DNA of 64,000 nt from IMG/VR virus record IMGVR_UViG_3300025137_000018, positions 62,380-126,379 of that record; one strand, written 5' to 3'. Below, one piece after another: positions 54,260-64,000 of this stretch. Position 1 is the first letter of the stretch; each line of letters begins with the position of its first letter. Origin of the DNA: a virus. The position numbers and the translations under genes were made by a program. The notes beneath the pieces were generated by a model. It ran no database searches. It saw only the letters and a program-made list of their open reading frames with translations, and had not been told where the DNA came from.

Positions 54260-57200
54260 TGGCTAATAAAGAAACTAGAGTATTACAATCAGATTCATTA
54301 GAGGGTTTAAGACAGAAGGGTAACGAAGTATCTCTTCACCTAGGCGATAATGAACAGCTTAATTCTAATTTAAAAGATAAAACATATCTATTTGATAATG
54401 TTACTGCAGGTGATACACTATACTATGGAAACGATGATGGTAGTAAAACTGTAAGGTTTGAAATTAAACCACAAGAAACAGTTGATAATACTGGTGGCTA
54501 TATTATTCTTAAAGGTAATCCTACTATTCCAGCATCGTTTGTATCTGGTGTAGAGATGACGCAGACAGGCGGATTCACTTGTACAATCGTATCTATTGAC
54601 AGCACTAAGATATTAGTTAAAAATACTACTGGTATATTTAATGCTTCAAGTAAACTTACAGCTGACGGCTCAGATATTGCTGCAGCTAAGATTGTTAGCA
54701 GAATTGGTGAAGCATATCCATTAGGTGTTGTAAGAGTTTATAAAAATGGAACTGAACTTACACAAAGCATCGCTGCAGTCAATGGATTCCATGCTATTAA
54801 TTTAAGAGCTAGGGTTCCTTTAACTGGAAGTCCTACTGTAACAGAATTTGTTGAAGGACAAACTGTTTATATTCACAGCAGTCAATTATCTACACAAGCA
54901 AGTGTAGAATCAACTGCTTCTTGGTATGGTACTATTTTAAGAACTACAGCAACTGAAATGCTACTTAAAGTAAGTAGTGGTTCATTTGTTGCTAGTGATG
55001 ATATAAGAGTTCTTGGACAATCATCAGTAATTGCTGGTAATAAGCATGGTGCTATTGTCAACTATGATACATCATACGGAAATGGTATTGAATTAAATAC
55101 TCCAGCTGCAGCTAATGACGATATTAAAATATTTAGTATGGATGTTATTGCTGCTATTAACGAACTTCAAGATGACGTTGGTGTTACTGAAAACTTAGCT
55201 ACTGCTGCTAATGATTTAGTATTATCAATTAACGAACACGAAACAGATTTATATGGTACTACTAATGTATCATTTACCGGATTATCTTCTGGCGGATTCC
55301 AAGATGCTATTGAAGAGTTAAGAGCTGAACTTGGTGATCACAATGATATTAATAATGCTGCAGGATATTCTTCAACAACAGCTGTTACCGGTATTCAAGA
55401 AATTCAAGGCGACATTGGTGATATTACTGTATTAGGAACAACAGTAAAATCTTCATTGGTTGGATCTATTAACGAAATAGAAACTGCAGTAAGAGGTAGT
55501 TTAGGTAACTATACATTAACAACTGCACAGACTGCTCACGGATTAATTGGTGCAGTTAATGAAATCGAATCAGTATTCGACGCATCAACACATGAGATTA
55601 GTGCAGGTTCAAATACATTTACAATCAATTCAGACAACTTTACTGTTAATTCAAACGGAACTATTAAACTTGATGCAGAAGATGGTATTATAAATCTATT
55701 TGATAATACTACTCAATATGGTTCTTTAACTAATTCTGGTGGTAACTTAGTAATTAAATCTGGCACTTCTACAATGCTAACAGGCAGTGGAACTAATGCT
55801 ACATTTAATAATAATCTTACAGTAGAAAATAATTTAGAAGTTGATGGCACAGCAGGAATAGATGGTAACCTAAGAGTAGGTACTAATAAATTCAATGTTG
55901 ATGCTGCAACCGGTGATACACAGATTGATAGAAATTTAGAAGTAGACGGAACAGTTGGTGTCGATGGTAACTTTAGAGTTGGTGGTACTCAATATAGTGA
56001 TGCTACTTTCAAGGTAGACGAATCAAATGGTAACACACAAGTTGCTGGAACATTTAACGTAGATAGTGCTACAACATTAAATGGTACAACCATTGATGGC
56101 GACTTAGATTTAAACGGCTCAGTAAATGTTTCAACTAATGCTGTTATTACTGGTACTGTTAATATTGATGGTGCTACTGATATAGATTCAACGCTTGATG
56201 TACTAAATGGAACTACACTTAGAAGCACATTGGACGTAACTGGTAAAACTACAATTACTGGTGTATTAGATATTGGAGACCTTAATGGTAAATTTACAAA
56301 TACTAATAATATTAAGTTAGCACTTAACGAGTTACATGACGAAGTTGGTGTTGGAGGTAACGCATTTAGTTCACTTGCTAATCACTCAACAAATGGTCAA
56401 ACAAATATCACAAACGCAATCCTAGCTATCGTAGCAGACCTTGGAGCAGTTAATACAACAGATGGTATTACACATAGTGGTGGAAATCACGCACATAAAT
56501 CTTCTACAATATTTGGAGTATTAGATAACCTAAGTGGCGCTATTGTTGCTAACGATACAGAACTTACTACTCTTAGAGGAATTACTTTATCGGGCGGTAG
56601 CGGTATTACTACTACTATTGGAAACCTAACAGCGAATAGATCAATATCAGTTGATAACACAGTTGTTAGAACTTCAGGAGCTCAAATAATTGCTGGAGCT
56701 AAAACTTTCAGTGATGCAATGACAGTTAATAACAATTTATCAGTCGATGCTACTACAATAACTTTTACTGGTAATATGGACATCGGTGAAAATGAGGGAA
56801 GTGATAACATTGTATTTAAAAATGGAACACAAGTTGATTTCTCAAATGCTACTGTATTATTCTCATCAGCAGGTGGAGTTGCAAACTTCGGATCAGCATT
56901 CTTAAAATTAGATGCTAACATTAATACTCAAATGGGATTAGAGGTAGATAGAGCTCATATTTCTGGTAGTAACGATCACGGTGTTAAACTCCAATGGGAC
57001 GAAACAAAAGTATCAGCTGATCCATCAAGAGCATGGACAGTGGTTGGAATGAAGAACGATGGTACTACAGTAACATCACCTCTTGTTAACTTCTATAACG
57101 CTAGACATTTAATTAGCAGTAGTGCTAGTAATGGACTTACTGCAACCTGGACAGAAACTGGTACATCACCAGACCTATCTGGTTATTGGGATCTTGATGT

Positions 57201-60200
57201 TAAGCTTAATGGTACTTCACTTGAAATTGATAACGATGGTTTAAGAATTAAAGCACTTGGTGTTGCGACTGGAATGATTGCAGATGATGCTATCACACTA
57301 GATAAAATTGCAGACGATGCTGTAACCCTAGGAACTAAAACATCTGGTAGTTATGTAGCAACTATAGCAGGAACTTCAGCAGAGGTTGAAGTTACAGGCT
57401 CTGGAACAGAAGGAAGAAACGTTACAGTTGGATTACCAGATGATGTAACAATCGCAAACGATTTAACAGTTACAGGTGATCTATATGTTAATGGAACTGA
57501 AACTAAATTAAATGTTTCAACACTAGAAGTAGAAGATACTTTAATTTTAGCTGGTAACAATTTAGGTTCAACTGAACCAACAAGTGGCGGATTTGGACTC
57601 GAAACAAAACCATTCGCTGGTGTTCATAGTAATGCAGCCGGTGGAGTAACAGGTGCTCACTCAATTGTATATAACTTTGCAACTGATAGATGGGAAGCAG
57701 ATGGATCATTAATTCTTTCTACTGCGACTCTTTCAACTCCTCAAATTGAAGGATCTGATTTTGGACCTGGTGATAATTTAACATTTACTGCAGGAACTGG
57801 ATTAAGCGAAAGTGTATCAGGATTTGCTGTAACATATAATAACACCGATAGAGGTTCATCACAGTATATCTGGAAAAATATTGCAACTGATAATGGTACA
57901 GCTGTAGCAAATAGTAATAATGATACACTAACTATTGCTGGCGGCACGATGGTAGATTCAGCAAGATCTGGCGATACGATTACAATTCATCACGCTGATA
58001 CTTCCTCATTAAACGGAGCATACGGTAACCTTTCAACACAGAATGGTATATATGTTTCAGGACTCGTTGTTGATGACAGAGGCCATTTAACAAATATTCA
58101 AACAGGAAACTTCGATACTAGATATATTCAATCATTCCAAGTAGAAGACGGAGATGGTACTGAACTATCTATTACTCAAGGTAAAGAATGGAAATTCGTT
58201 GAAGGTGCTGGTTCAGGTGCATCGATCGATATTAATTGGACAGACACTTCACCTGGTTCAGATGCAGATCCATTTGATCTCACCTTTGCTGTTACAAATA
58301 CTGATAAAGGTTCATCTCAAAATATCTTTAAGAATGTACAATTAAGAAATGCTGCACATAGTGCTTTAGGAACCTTGGTTGCTGATAGTAACAACGATAC
58401 ATTAATCATCGATGCAGGTAACAGTGGAATCACATTAGTTGTTGATGACGTTTCGGGTGATAGATTCTCTATTCACCATGCTGATACATCAAATCAAGCT
58501 GATATTAATAATTCTGCTAATACATTTATACAAGATTTAACCTTTGATGCCTACGGCCACGTAACTGGTGCATCTAGTGGAACAGTTACAGTTGGTGACG
58601 GTGTTACAACTGCACAAGTACCTTCAGCTGCAACAACTACTACTCATGCATCAGGTATTGTTCTTACAGGAGATACTAACTGGTCTGCTAATCAGACAGG
58701 AGCAAGTCAGTTTCAAATTGCTCACGCGAATACCTCAAGTCAAGCCAGTGTTGATAATAGCGGTAACAATGTAATCCAAGATATTACACTTGATACATTT
58801 GGACATGTTACAGGTCTTGTCAGTAAAGAAATTACCAGTGTTGGTCATGCAACAAATGCTGATAACATTAATATTGACGAATCAAATATTAGTAGTGATT
58901 ACCAAGTAACATTTAGTGCTAACAGCAATGTCGGATATAATAGACAATATATCGATACTGATAATGCTCACTTTAACTATAATCCAAGCACAAATCACCT
59001 TCATGGTTTTGCTGAAATCACAGCAACAAAATTTGATGGTGCTCTAGAAGGAAATGCTGATACAGCTACTTGGGCTGATACAGTAGATGTTAATGATTCA
59101 AATGCAAACAACAATTATCGTATAGTATGGCATAGTGGTGATACTGTTTATTCTACTGATGGAATTACATTGCATCCACTTAATAACACAATATCTGCGA
59201 CTACATTTATTGGTGCTTTATCAGGTAATGCTACAACTTCATCAAGCTGTAGTGGTAATGCAGCAACAGCCACATACGCTACATCAGCTGGGAGTGCTAC
59301 AACAGCAACAACTGCTACCAACTCAAATAAAATTAATATTCAGACAACTGCTGGAAATGCTTCATACAGATTAGTATTTAAAGGAGCTGCAAATGAAACT
59401 GCAGGCTATCACGAGTTATATCAAGATAGTGGAGCAAGCTTATATTATAATCCATCTACGAATGTATTAACATGTCCTACATTTTCTGGTGCTTTAAGTG
59501 GTAATGCTACAACAGCAAGCTCGACACCTATTGCTACAAATGCTGATAATATTAATATCGATGAAACAAATAGTAATGCTAATTATCAAGTATACTTTGG
59601 TACACTCAATGGTTCATCGTATCAAAGGCCTTATATCGATACTGACAATAGTCACTTTAATTATAATCCGGCCACGTCTCACCTTCATGGCTTTGCTGAA
59701 ATAACGGCAACAAAATTTGATGGAGCTTTAGAAGGAAATGCAGATACTGCTACGGATATTAGAGTAGTAGAAAGAACAACTGAGAATATAAATTATCATA
59801 TTACTGGTGTAGGTGCTACTATTGCTGGTACTAGTAAAACAGTTAACGGCCATGCATCATTTTATTGGAATGGTAATTCCACTAAATTACATGCACCAAA
59901 ATTTGCTGGAGATATATCAAGTTGTACTGGTTATGCTTATAGTGATTTAACAGGTGCACCTAGCATACCTACTGTAGGCAATGGTACAATTACTATAACA
60001 CAACCTGGAATATCTAATCAAACATTTACTGTCAATCAGTCTGGCAATACAACAATTGCCTTAGCAGATAATAATACAACATACTCTGCAGGAACTGGTT
60101 TAGATCTTAGTGGTACAACATTTAGTGTTGAACCAGATTTAAGAGGTGAAGTTACTAGAATAGGATATAGCAGTACAACATATACTAATATGTCGGCCAG

Positions 60201-60615
60201 TACTTCTACCCAGTGGGTCTTTGGTAACCTTGTTCAAATGATTTTAGAATCTGATGGTGATTTATTTGCTGATGGAGATATCACTGCGTTTTCTACTTCT
60301 ACTAGCTCAGATAGAAAACTAAAAACAAATATTGTTACTGTTGAAAATGCACTTGATAAGGTATGTCAATTAGACGGTGTTACTTTCGATTGGATTAAAG
60401 ATGGTAAAGAATCCGCTGGTGTTGTTGCACAGAATGTAGAAGATGTATTACCTAGAGCTGTTAAAGAAGTTAAAGAACTTAATAGCGATGATACTTATAA
60501 GACGGTCGATTACAACCAATTATCTGCATTATTCATTGAAGCAATAAAAGAATTAAAAGAAGAAAATAAATATCTCAGAGATGAGATTGAAAATCTTAAA
60601 AGTATAAATAGATAG
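54259..60615 (+). CDS. long tail fibre with C-terminal intramolecular chaperone (peptidase S74)
   Basis: AINE/SINE repeats, Gly/Thr/Asn-rich repeats, SDRKLKTNI...ALDKV..LDGVTFDW, GVVAQ.VE.VLP.AV, terminal coiled coil. Confidence 0.88.
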   Translation: MANKETRVLQSDSLEGLRQKGNEVSLHLGDNEQLNSNLKDKTYLFDNVTAGDTLYYGNDDGSKTVRFEIKPQETVDNTGGYIILKGNPTIPASFVSGVEMTQTGGFTCTIVSIDSTKILVKNTTGIFNASSKLTADGSDIAAAKIVSRIGEAYPLGVVRVYKNGTELTQSIAAVNGFHAINLRARVPLTGSPTVTEFVEGQTVYIHSSQLSTQASVESTASWYGTILRTTATEMLLKVSSGSFVASDDIRVLGQSSVIAGNKHGAIVNYDTSYGNGIELNTPAAANDDIKIFSMDVIAAINELQDDVGVTENLATAANDLVLSINEHETDLYGTTNVSFTGLSSGGFQDAIEELRAELGDHNDINNAAGYSSTTAVTGIQEIQGDIGDITVLGTTVKSSLVGSINEIETAVRGSLGNYTLTTAQTAHGLIGAVNEIESVFDASTHEISAGSNTFTINSDNFTVNSNGTIKLDAEDGIINLFDNTTQYGSLTNSGGNLVIKSGTSTMLTGSGTNATFNNNLTVENNLEVDGTAGIDGNLRVGTNKFNVDAATGDTQIDRNLEVDGTVGVDGNFRVGGTQYSDATFKVDESNGNTQVAGTFNVDSATTLNGTTIDGDLDLNGSVNVSTNAVITGTVNIDGATDIDSTLDVLNGTTLRSTLDVTGKTTITGVLDIGDLNGKFTNTNNIKLALNELHDEVGVGGNAFSSLANHSTNGQTNITNAILAIVADLGAVNTTDGITHSGGNHAHKSSTIFGVLDNLSGAIVANDTELTTLRGITLSGGSGITTTIGNLTANRSISVDNTVVRTSGAQIIAGAKTFSDAMTVNNNLSVDATTITFTGNMDIGENEGSDNIVFKNGTQVDFSNATVLFSSAGGVANFGSAFLKLDANINTQMGLEVDRAHISGSNDHGVKLQWDETKVSADPSRAWTVVGMKNDGTTVTSPLVNFYNARHLISSSASNGLTATWTETGTSPDLSGYWDLDVKLNGTSLEIDNDGLRIKALGVATGMIADDAITLDKIADDAVTLGTKTSGSYVATIAGTSAEVEVTGSGTEGRNVTVGLPDDVTIANDLTVTGDLYVNGTETKLNVSTLEVEDTLILAGNNLGSTEPTSGGFGLETKPFAGVHSNAAGGVTGAHSIVYNFATDRWEADGSLILSTATLSTPQIEGSDFGPGDNLTFTAGTGLSESVSGFAVTYNNTDRGSSQYIWKNIATDNGTAVANSNNDTLTIAGGTMVDSARSGDTITIHHADTSSLNGAYGNLSTQNGIYVSGLVVDDRGHLTNIQTGNFDTRYIQSFQVEDGDGTELSITQGKEWKFVEGAGSGASIDINWTDTSPGSDADPFDLTFAVTNTDKGSSQNIFKNVQLRNAAHSALGTLVADSNNDTLIIDAGNSGITLVVDDVSGDRFSIHHADTSNQADINNSANTFIQDLTFDAYGHVTGASSGTVTVGDGVTTAQVPSAATTTTHASGIVLTGDTNWSANQTGASQFQIAHANTSSQASVDNSGNNVIQDITLDTFGHVTGLVSKEITSVGHATNADNINIDESNISSDYQVTFSANSNVGYNRQYIDTDNAHFNYNPSTNHLHGFAEITATKFDGALEGNADTATWADTVDVNDSNANNNYRIVWHSGDTVYSTDGITLHPLNNTISATTFIGALSGNATTSSSCSGNAATATYATSAGSATTATTATNSNKINIQTTAGNASYRLVFKGAANETAGYHELYQDSGASLYYNPSTNVLTCPTFSGALSGNATTASSTPIATNADNINIDETNSNANYQVYFGTLNGSSYQRPYIDTDNSHFNYNPATSHLHGFAEITATKFDGALEGNADTATDIRVVERTTENINYHITGVGATIAGTSKTVNGHASFYWNGNSTKLHAPKFAGDISSCTGYAYSDLTGAPSIPTVGNGTITITQPGISNQTFTVNQSGNTTIALADNNTTYSAGTGLDLSGTTFSVEPDLRGEVTRIGYSSTTYTNMSASTSTQWVFGNLVQMILESDGDLFADGDITAFSTSTSSDRKLKTNIVTVENALDKVCQLDGVTFDWIKDGKESAGVVAQNVEDVLPRAVKEVKELNSDDTYKTVDYNQLSALFIEAIKELKEENKYLRDEIENLKSINR
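58849..59754 (+). repeat. internal duplicated ~74-aa module in the tail fibre
   Basis: ATNADNINIDE...YIDTDN.HFNYNP.T.HLHGFAEITATKFDGALEGNADTAT at ~58849-59070 and ~59533-59754. Confidence 0.85.
60603..60610 (+). promoter_or_regulatory. T4-type late promoter
   Basis: TATAAATA upstream of 60626. Confidence 0.7.
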
Positions 60616-60625
60616 GTAAAAGTTA

Positions 60626-60958
60626 ATGGCTATATATTCAAATTTAAATATTGACCAAGGTAGTACCTTTGATATAAAAGTAGATATTACTGATGCGGAA
60701 GATGCTATATTAAATTTAACGAATTACACTGTAGCAGGACAGATTAGAAAAAACTTTAGTTCCTCTACAGCTGTAGCCTTTGTTGCAACAGTATATAATG
60801 CTAGTGCTGGAACTATTAAGTTACTTCTAGATGCTTCTACTACTAATGCTATGAAGGCTGGACGATATGTATATGATGTCGAAATCACATCAGCTGCAGG
60901 AGTCGTTACAAGAGTTTTAGAAGGACAGGTAGAAGTTTCACCAGGTGTAACAAGATAA
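60626..60958 (+). CDS. small virion structural protein
   Basis: NL.IDQGSTF, GRYVYDVEI, RVLEG.V.VSPGVTR. Confidence 0.75.
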   Translation: MAIYSNLNIDQGSTFDIKVDITDAEDAILNLTNYTVAGQIRKNFSSSTAVAFVATVYNASAGTIKLLLDASTTNAMKAGRYVYDVEITSAAGVVTRVLEGQVEVSPGVTR

Positions 60959-60970
60959 GGTAAAGAATAA

Positions 60971-61219
60971 ATGGCTAACATGAAGGCAAAAATTCAGACA
61001 GGCGGAAGAGTTAAAGGTAAATCTAAAGCTCAACAAGAAATACAAGCTAAGTCTGTAACAGTTGGTAATTTCGATTTAACATTAGGAGATCTAACAGATG
61101 TAACTGTTAATGGAAATCCTGATGGCGGAATGCTACAAAGAAATGGATCTTCGGGTAAATACGAAGTCGTAACAAGTTTAGAGAATCAAAATCTCAATAT
61201 AATTGGAGGCACATACTAG
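60971..61219 (+). CDS. small virion-associated protein
   Basis: L.DLTDV motif; C-terminal GGTY. Confidence 0.65.
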   Translation: MANMKAKIQTGGRVKGKSKAQQEIQAKSVTVGNFDLTLGDLTDVTVNGNPDGGMLQRNGSSGKYEVVTSLENQNLNIIGGTY

Positions 61220-62826
61220 TGGCTAATTTAACAAGAATAAAAATCTTAACTACGGGTGCAACCACCAATGCCCCTAGTAATATTAAAACAGGTGAATTAG
61301 CATACTCATATGTAGCTGGTACACAAGCAAATAATGGTGATAGATTATACATTGGTACTGGAACAGAATCTGGTGGGGTTGCTTCTAGTGTCGATTTAAT
61401 TGGCGGTAAGTATTTTGTAGGATTACTCGATCATGTACATGGTACTACAACAGCAAGTTCTGCGTTAATCGTAGATGCTCAGAAACACGTAACAGAATTA
61501 AATATTGGCTCTCTTGCTCTTGAAGCTTCTGGTGGTTCAGGTCAAGTAGTAACAAGTATTTCTACTTCAACAACTTTAGCTGGAGCTTCTAACTCTCAGT
61601 TAGTTACAGCATTAGCCGCTAAGACTTATATTGACGCTCAAGTCACAGCTCAAGATTTAGATATATCTGGTGACTCTGGTACAGATTCAATTGATCTTGA
61701 TTCTGAAGTATTAGACTTTAATGGTCTTACTGGTATTACAACCTCTGTTACTTCTAATACAGTTAACATCGATCTAGATGATACTGCGGTAACTCCTAAC
61801 AGTTACGGATCTAACACACAAATTCCAACCTTTACAGTTGACCAACAAGGTAGATTAACAGCTGCTGGTCAAGTTGCTGTTGCAACAGCATTAACAGTTG
61901 ATGGCGATACTGGTGCACAAGATGTAAATATTCTAACAGATGATTTACAAATACTTGGAACAACCAATGAAATTGAAACAGCTGTAACTAAGGTAGGTTC
62001 AGATGTAAAAGTTGTTGTTGGATTACCTAATGATGTTACTGTAGGAAATGATTTAACAGTAACAACAGATTTAGTAGTAGGTTCAAACAAATTAACAGTC
62101 GCAGGTGCTACTGGTAATACAGTTGTTGATGGTACATTACAAGTTAATGGTAACGTTAGCCTTGGTAACGCAACTTCAGACACAGTCGTAATTGCAGGTA
62201 ACTTAACAGTTCAAGGTACTACAACAACAGTCGAATCAACTACTGTAACATTAGACGACCCGGTTATTGCTTTAGCAGATAATACTTCTTCAAATACGTC
62301 AGATGGTCTTGATCGTGGTGTAAGATTTAAATGGGGAACTGGTTCTGCAGTTGCTACTGGATTCTTTGGATTTGACATCCAGTCACAAAGATTTGTATTT
62401 ACTAAAGATGAAGATTTAAGTGGTGGAGAAAACGCTTCCGCACCATGGAGTGATGCTGAATTTGGAAACATTTATGGTACAGGTGCTGATCTTGGTAATA
62501 TCACAGTTGGTATTGCTGATGACCAAACTATTACCACAACGGCTGGTAAGTTAGTACTTGATTCAGCTACTAATGAAGTTGAAGTAAATGCAGACCTTGA
62601 CCTAAATGGTAATCTAGATGTATCAGGAACTGTAACACTTGGTACTGATCTTGCAGTTCTTCACGGTGGTACTGGTGTATCAAGCTTTACAGGTAACGGT
62701 GTATTTATATCAAACGGTGCAGGTACTGCTTTATCACAAGTAACTGGTACTCAAGGTAAACTTATACAGTTTAATGGTTCAGGTGTTCCTTTCGCTTCTG
62801 AAGTAATTGATGGCGGAACTTACTAA
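61219..62826 (+). CDS. tail fibre / virion protein
   Basis: GELAYSY...RLYIG N-terminus, VTPNSYG...IPTFTVDQQGRLTAA, GNLTVQGTTTTV, C-terminal DGGTY. Confidence 0.8.
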   Translation: MANLTRIKILTTGATTNAPSNIKTGELAYSYVAGTQANNGDRLYIGTGTESGGVASSVDLIGGKYFVGLLDHVHGTTTASSALIVDAQKHVTELNIGSLALEASGGSGQVVTSISTSTTLAGASNSQLVTALAAKTYIDAQVTAQDLDISGDSGTDSIDLDSEVLDFNGLTGITTSVTSNTVNIDLDDTAVTPNSYGSNTQIPTFTVDQQGRLTAAGQVAVATALTVDGDTGAQDVNILTDDLQILGTTNEIETAVTKVGSDVKVVVGLPNDVTVGNDLTVTTDLVVGSNKLTVAGATGNTVVDGTLQVNGNVSLGNATSDTVVIAGNLTVQGTTTTVESTTVTLDDPVIALADNTSSNTSDGLDRGVRFKWGTGSAVATGFFGFDIQSQRFVFTKDEDLSGGENASAPWSDAEFGNIYGTGADLGNITVGIADDQTITTTAGKLVLDSATNEVEVNADLDLNGNLDVSGTVTLGTDLAVLHGGTGVSSFTGNGVFISNGAGTALSQVTGTQGKLIQFNGSGVPFASEVIDGGTY

Positions 62827-62852
62827 AACATAGCAATTGGCTTCCTAAACAT

Positions 62853-62860
62853 TATAAATA
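62853..62860 (+). promoter_or_regulatory. T4-type late promoter
   Basis: TATAAATA upstream of the last gene. Confidence 0.7.
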
Positions 62861-62941
62861 GATATACGCTAATATATATTAGCAGAAATTTTATTTTTAA
62901 TTAATATCTCTTATATAAGAGTTGAAACATAGGAGCCAACA

Positions 62942-64000
62942 TTGGCCAGATTATCAGACATTCGTTTACGACGCTCAGCCGTCAGTGGGTCTATACCCAG
63001 CACATCTAATTTAAACCTAGGGGAACTCGCACTTAATACTGCAGACGGTAAAGTCTACATGAAGAAGAGCGTAGGCGGTACTGACAGTGTTGTAGAGATT
63101 GGTGGAGCAAATTCAGGTATTGCATCAACATTTACTGCTTATGAATATACAGCAACTGCTAACCAAACAACATTTTCTGGATCAGATAATTATTCAAACA
63201 CCCTAGCCTATAACACAGGCACTCCTCCTAAAGTTCAAGTCTTTATGAATGGTATTCTTCTTGATGAAGGATCTTCAGCTGACTACACAGGAGCAAACGG
63301 AACATCGGTTGTATTAACTACAGGAGCTGATGCTGGCGATTTAATTCAAATTCATGCTTATAAATCAGACGTATCTGTTAGTAGTAATATTAGTTTTGGA
63401 GATAATAAAAAGCTACAATTTGGTGATGCACAGGATTTACAAATTTATCATGACGGTTCTAATAGCCATATAAAAGATACTGGTACAGGTGATTTATTAA
63501 TAGAAGGTTCAGATAACATTTGGCTTATGCAGTCAGGTGGTGCAAAAGTATTTTTAAATACAATAGATTCTAACGCAATAAATCTATATTTTAATAATTC
63601 AAAAAAACTAGAAACAACTGCTAGTGGTATACGGACAACCGGAACTGTAAATGTAAATGGTGCATATACATTACCAACATCTGATGGTTCTTCTGGACAG
63701 GCTCTAGTGTCAGATGGATCCGGTACATTAAGTTTTGCTACAGTATCAGGAGGAGCAGTTACTTCTATGTCTGACTCTGATGGCGATACAAAGATACAAG
63801 TTGAAGAAAGCAGTGATGAAGATAAGATAAGGTTCGATACTGCTGGTTTTGAGCGAATGATTATTGATGCATCAGGGCGCGTAGGTATTAATAATACTTC
63901 ACCAAGCTCACAATTCTTTAATAACCTAGTTGTAGGTGATAATAGTGCAGGTGACAAAGGTATAACAATAAGAGCAAACTCATCAAATAAAGGCGTGTTA
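62942..64000 (+). CDS. tail fibre protein, 3'-truncated by the window edge (not in ORF track)
   Basis: AGGAG RBS and TTG start; MARLSDIRLRRSAVSGSIP...LGELALNTADGK, YTATANQTTF, DSDGDTKIQVEESSDED; appears open to the window end. Confidence 0.8.
   Translation, partial: MARLSDIRLRRSAVSGSIPSTSNLNLGELALNTADGKVYMKKSVGGTDSVVEIGGANSGIASTFTAYEYTATANQTTFSGSDNYSNTLAYNTGTPPKVQVFMNGILLDEGSSADYTGANGTSVVLTTGADAGDLIQIHAYKSDVSVSSNISFGDNKKLQFGDAQDLQIYHDGSNSHIKDTGTGDLLIEGSDNIWLMQSGGAKVFLNTIDSNAINLYFNNSKKLETTASGIRTTGTVNVNGAYTLPTSDGSSGQALVSDGSGTLSFATVSGGAVTSMSDSDGDTKIQVEESSDEDKIRFDTAGFERMIIDASGRVGINNTSPSSQFFNNLVVGDNSAGDKGITIRANSSNKGVL

Noticed and set aside
58849-59754. Tail-fibre repeat pair as a diversity-generating retroelement TR/VR
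   Set aside because: Both copies are in-frame coding, differences in the conserved part are largely synonymous and not adenine-specific, and no reverse transcriptase is present in the window
1-64000. Alternative genetic code (stop-codon reassignment)
   Set aside because: Core genes translate full length with the standard bacterial code, and TAA, TAG and TGA all serve as stops

Overview
A 64-kb, AT-rich segment of a T4-like myovirus genome. A marine proteobacterial host is likely, but that is inferred from gene content. Left arm: lysis, nucleotide-metabolism and replication-accessory genes (spanin-like fragment, lipase, nrdAB, glutaredoxin, RNase H, DenV-like glycosylase, PhoH, exonuclease, tRNA-Arg(UCU), DsbA). 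Middle: an accessory island with a RimK-RimB fusion, a PRMT-like / ATP-grasp / SET protein-modification cluster, an endolysin, and a curli-like (type VIII secretion) operon behind a late promoter. That operon has CsgF, CsgG, two secreted curlin-repeat proteins, a FecR-domain protein and a CHASE2 adenylate cyclase, with IscA just upstream and IscU inside it. Next come small early genes, gp33-gp59-gp32, and the tail/baseplate module (tape measure, gp26/gp51, gp54-like, gp2, gp4, gp48, gp53, gp27-like, gp5, gp25, gp6, gp7, gp8, large virion and tail-fibre proteins). Top leads: the curli-FecR-CHASE2 module, a phage PRMT-like enzyme beside a SET protein, a probable -1 frameshift joining gp26 to gp51, a possibly capsid-packaged RimK-RimB, and an origin-like region with an antisense promoter between gp5 and gp25. 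All product calls come from recognising motifs by eye; no database searches were run.
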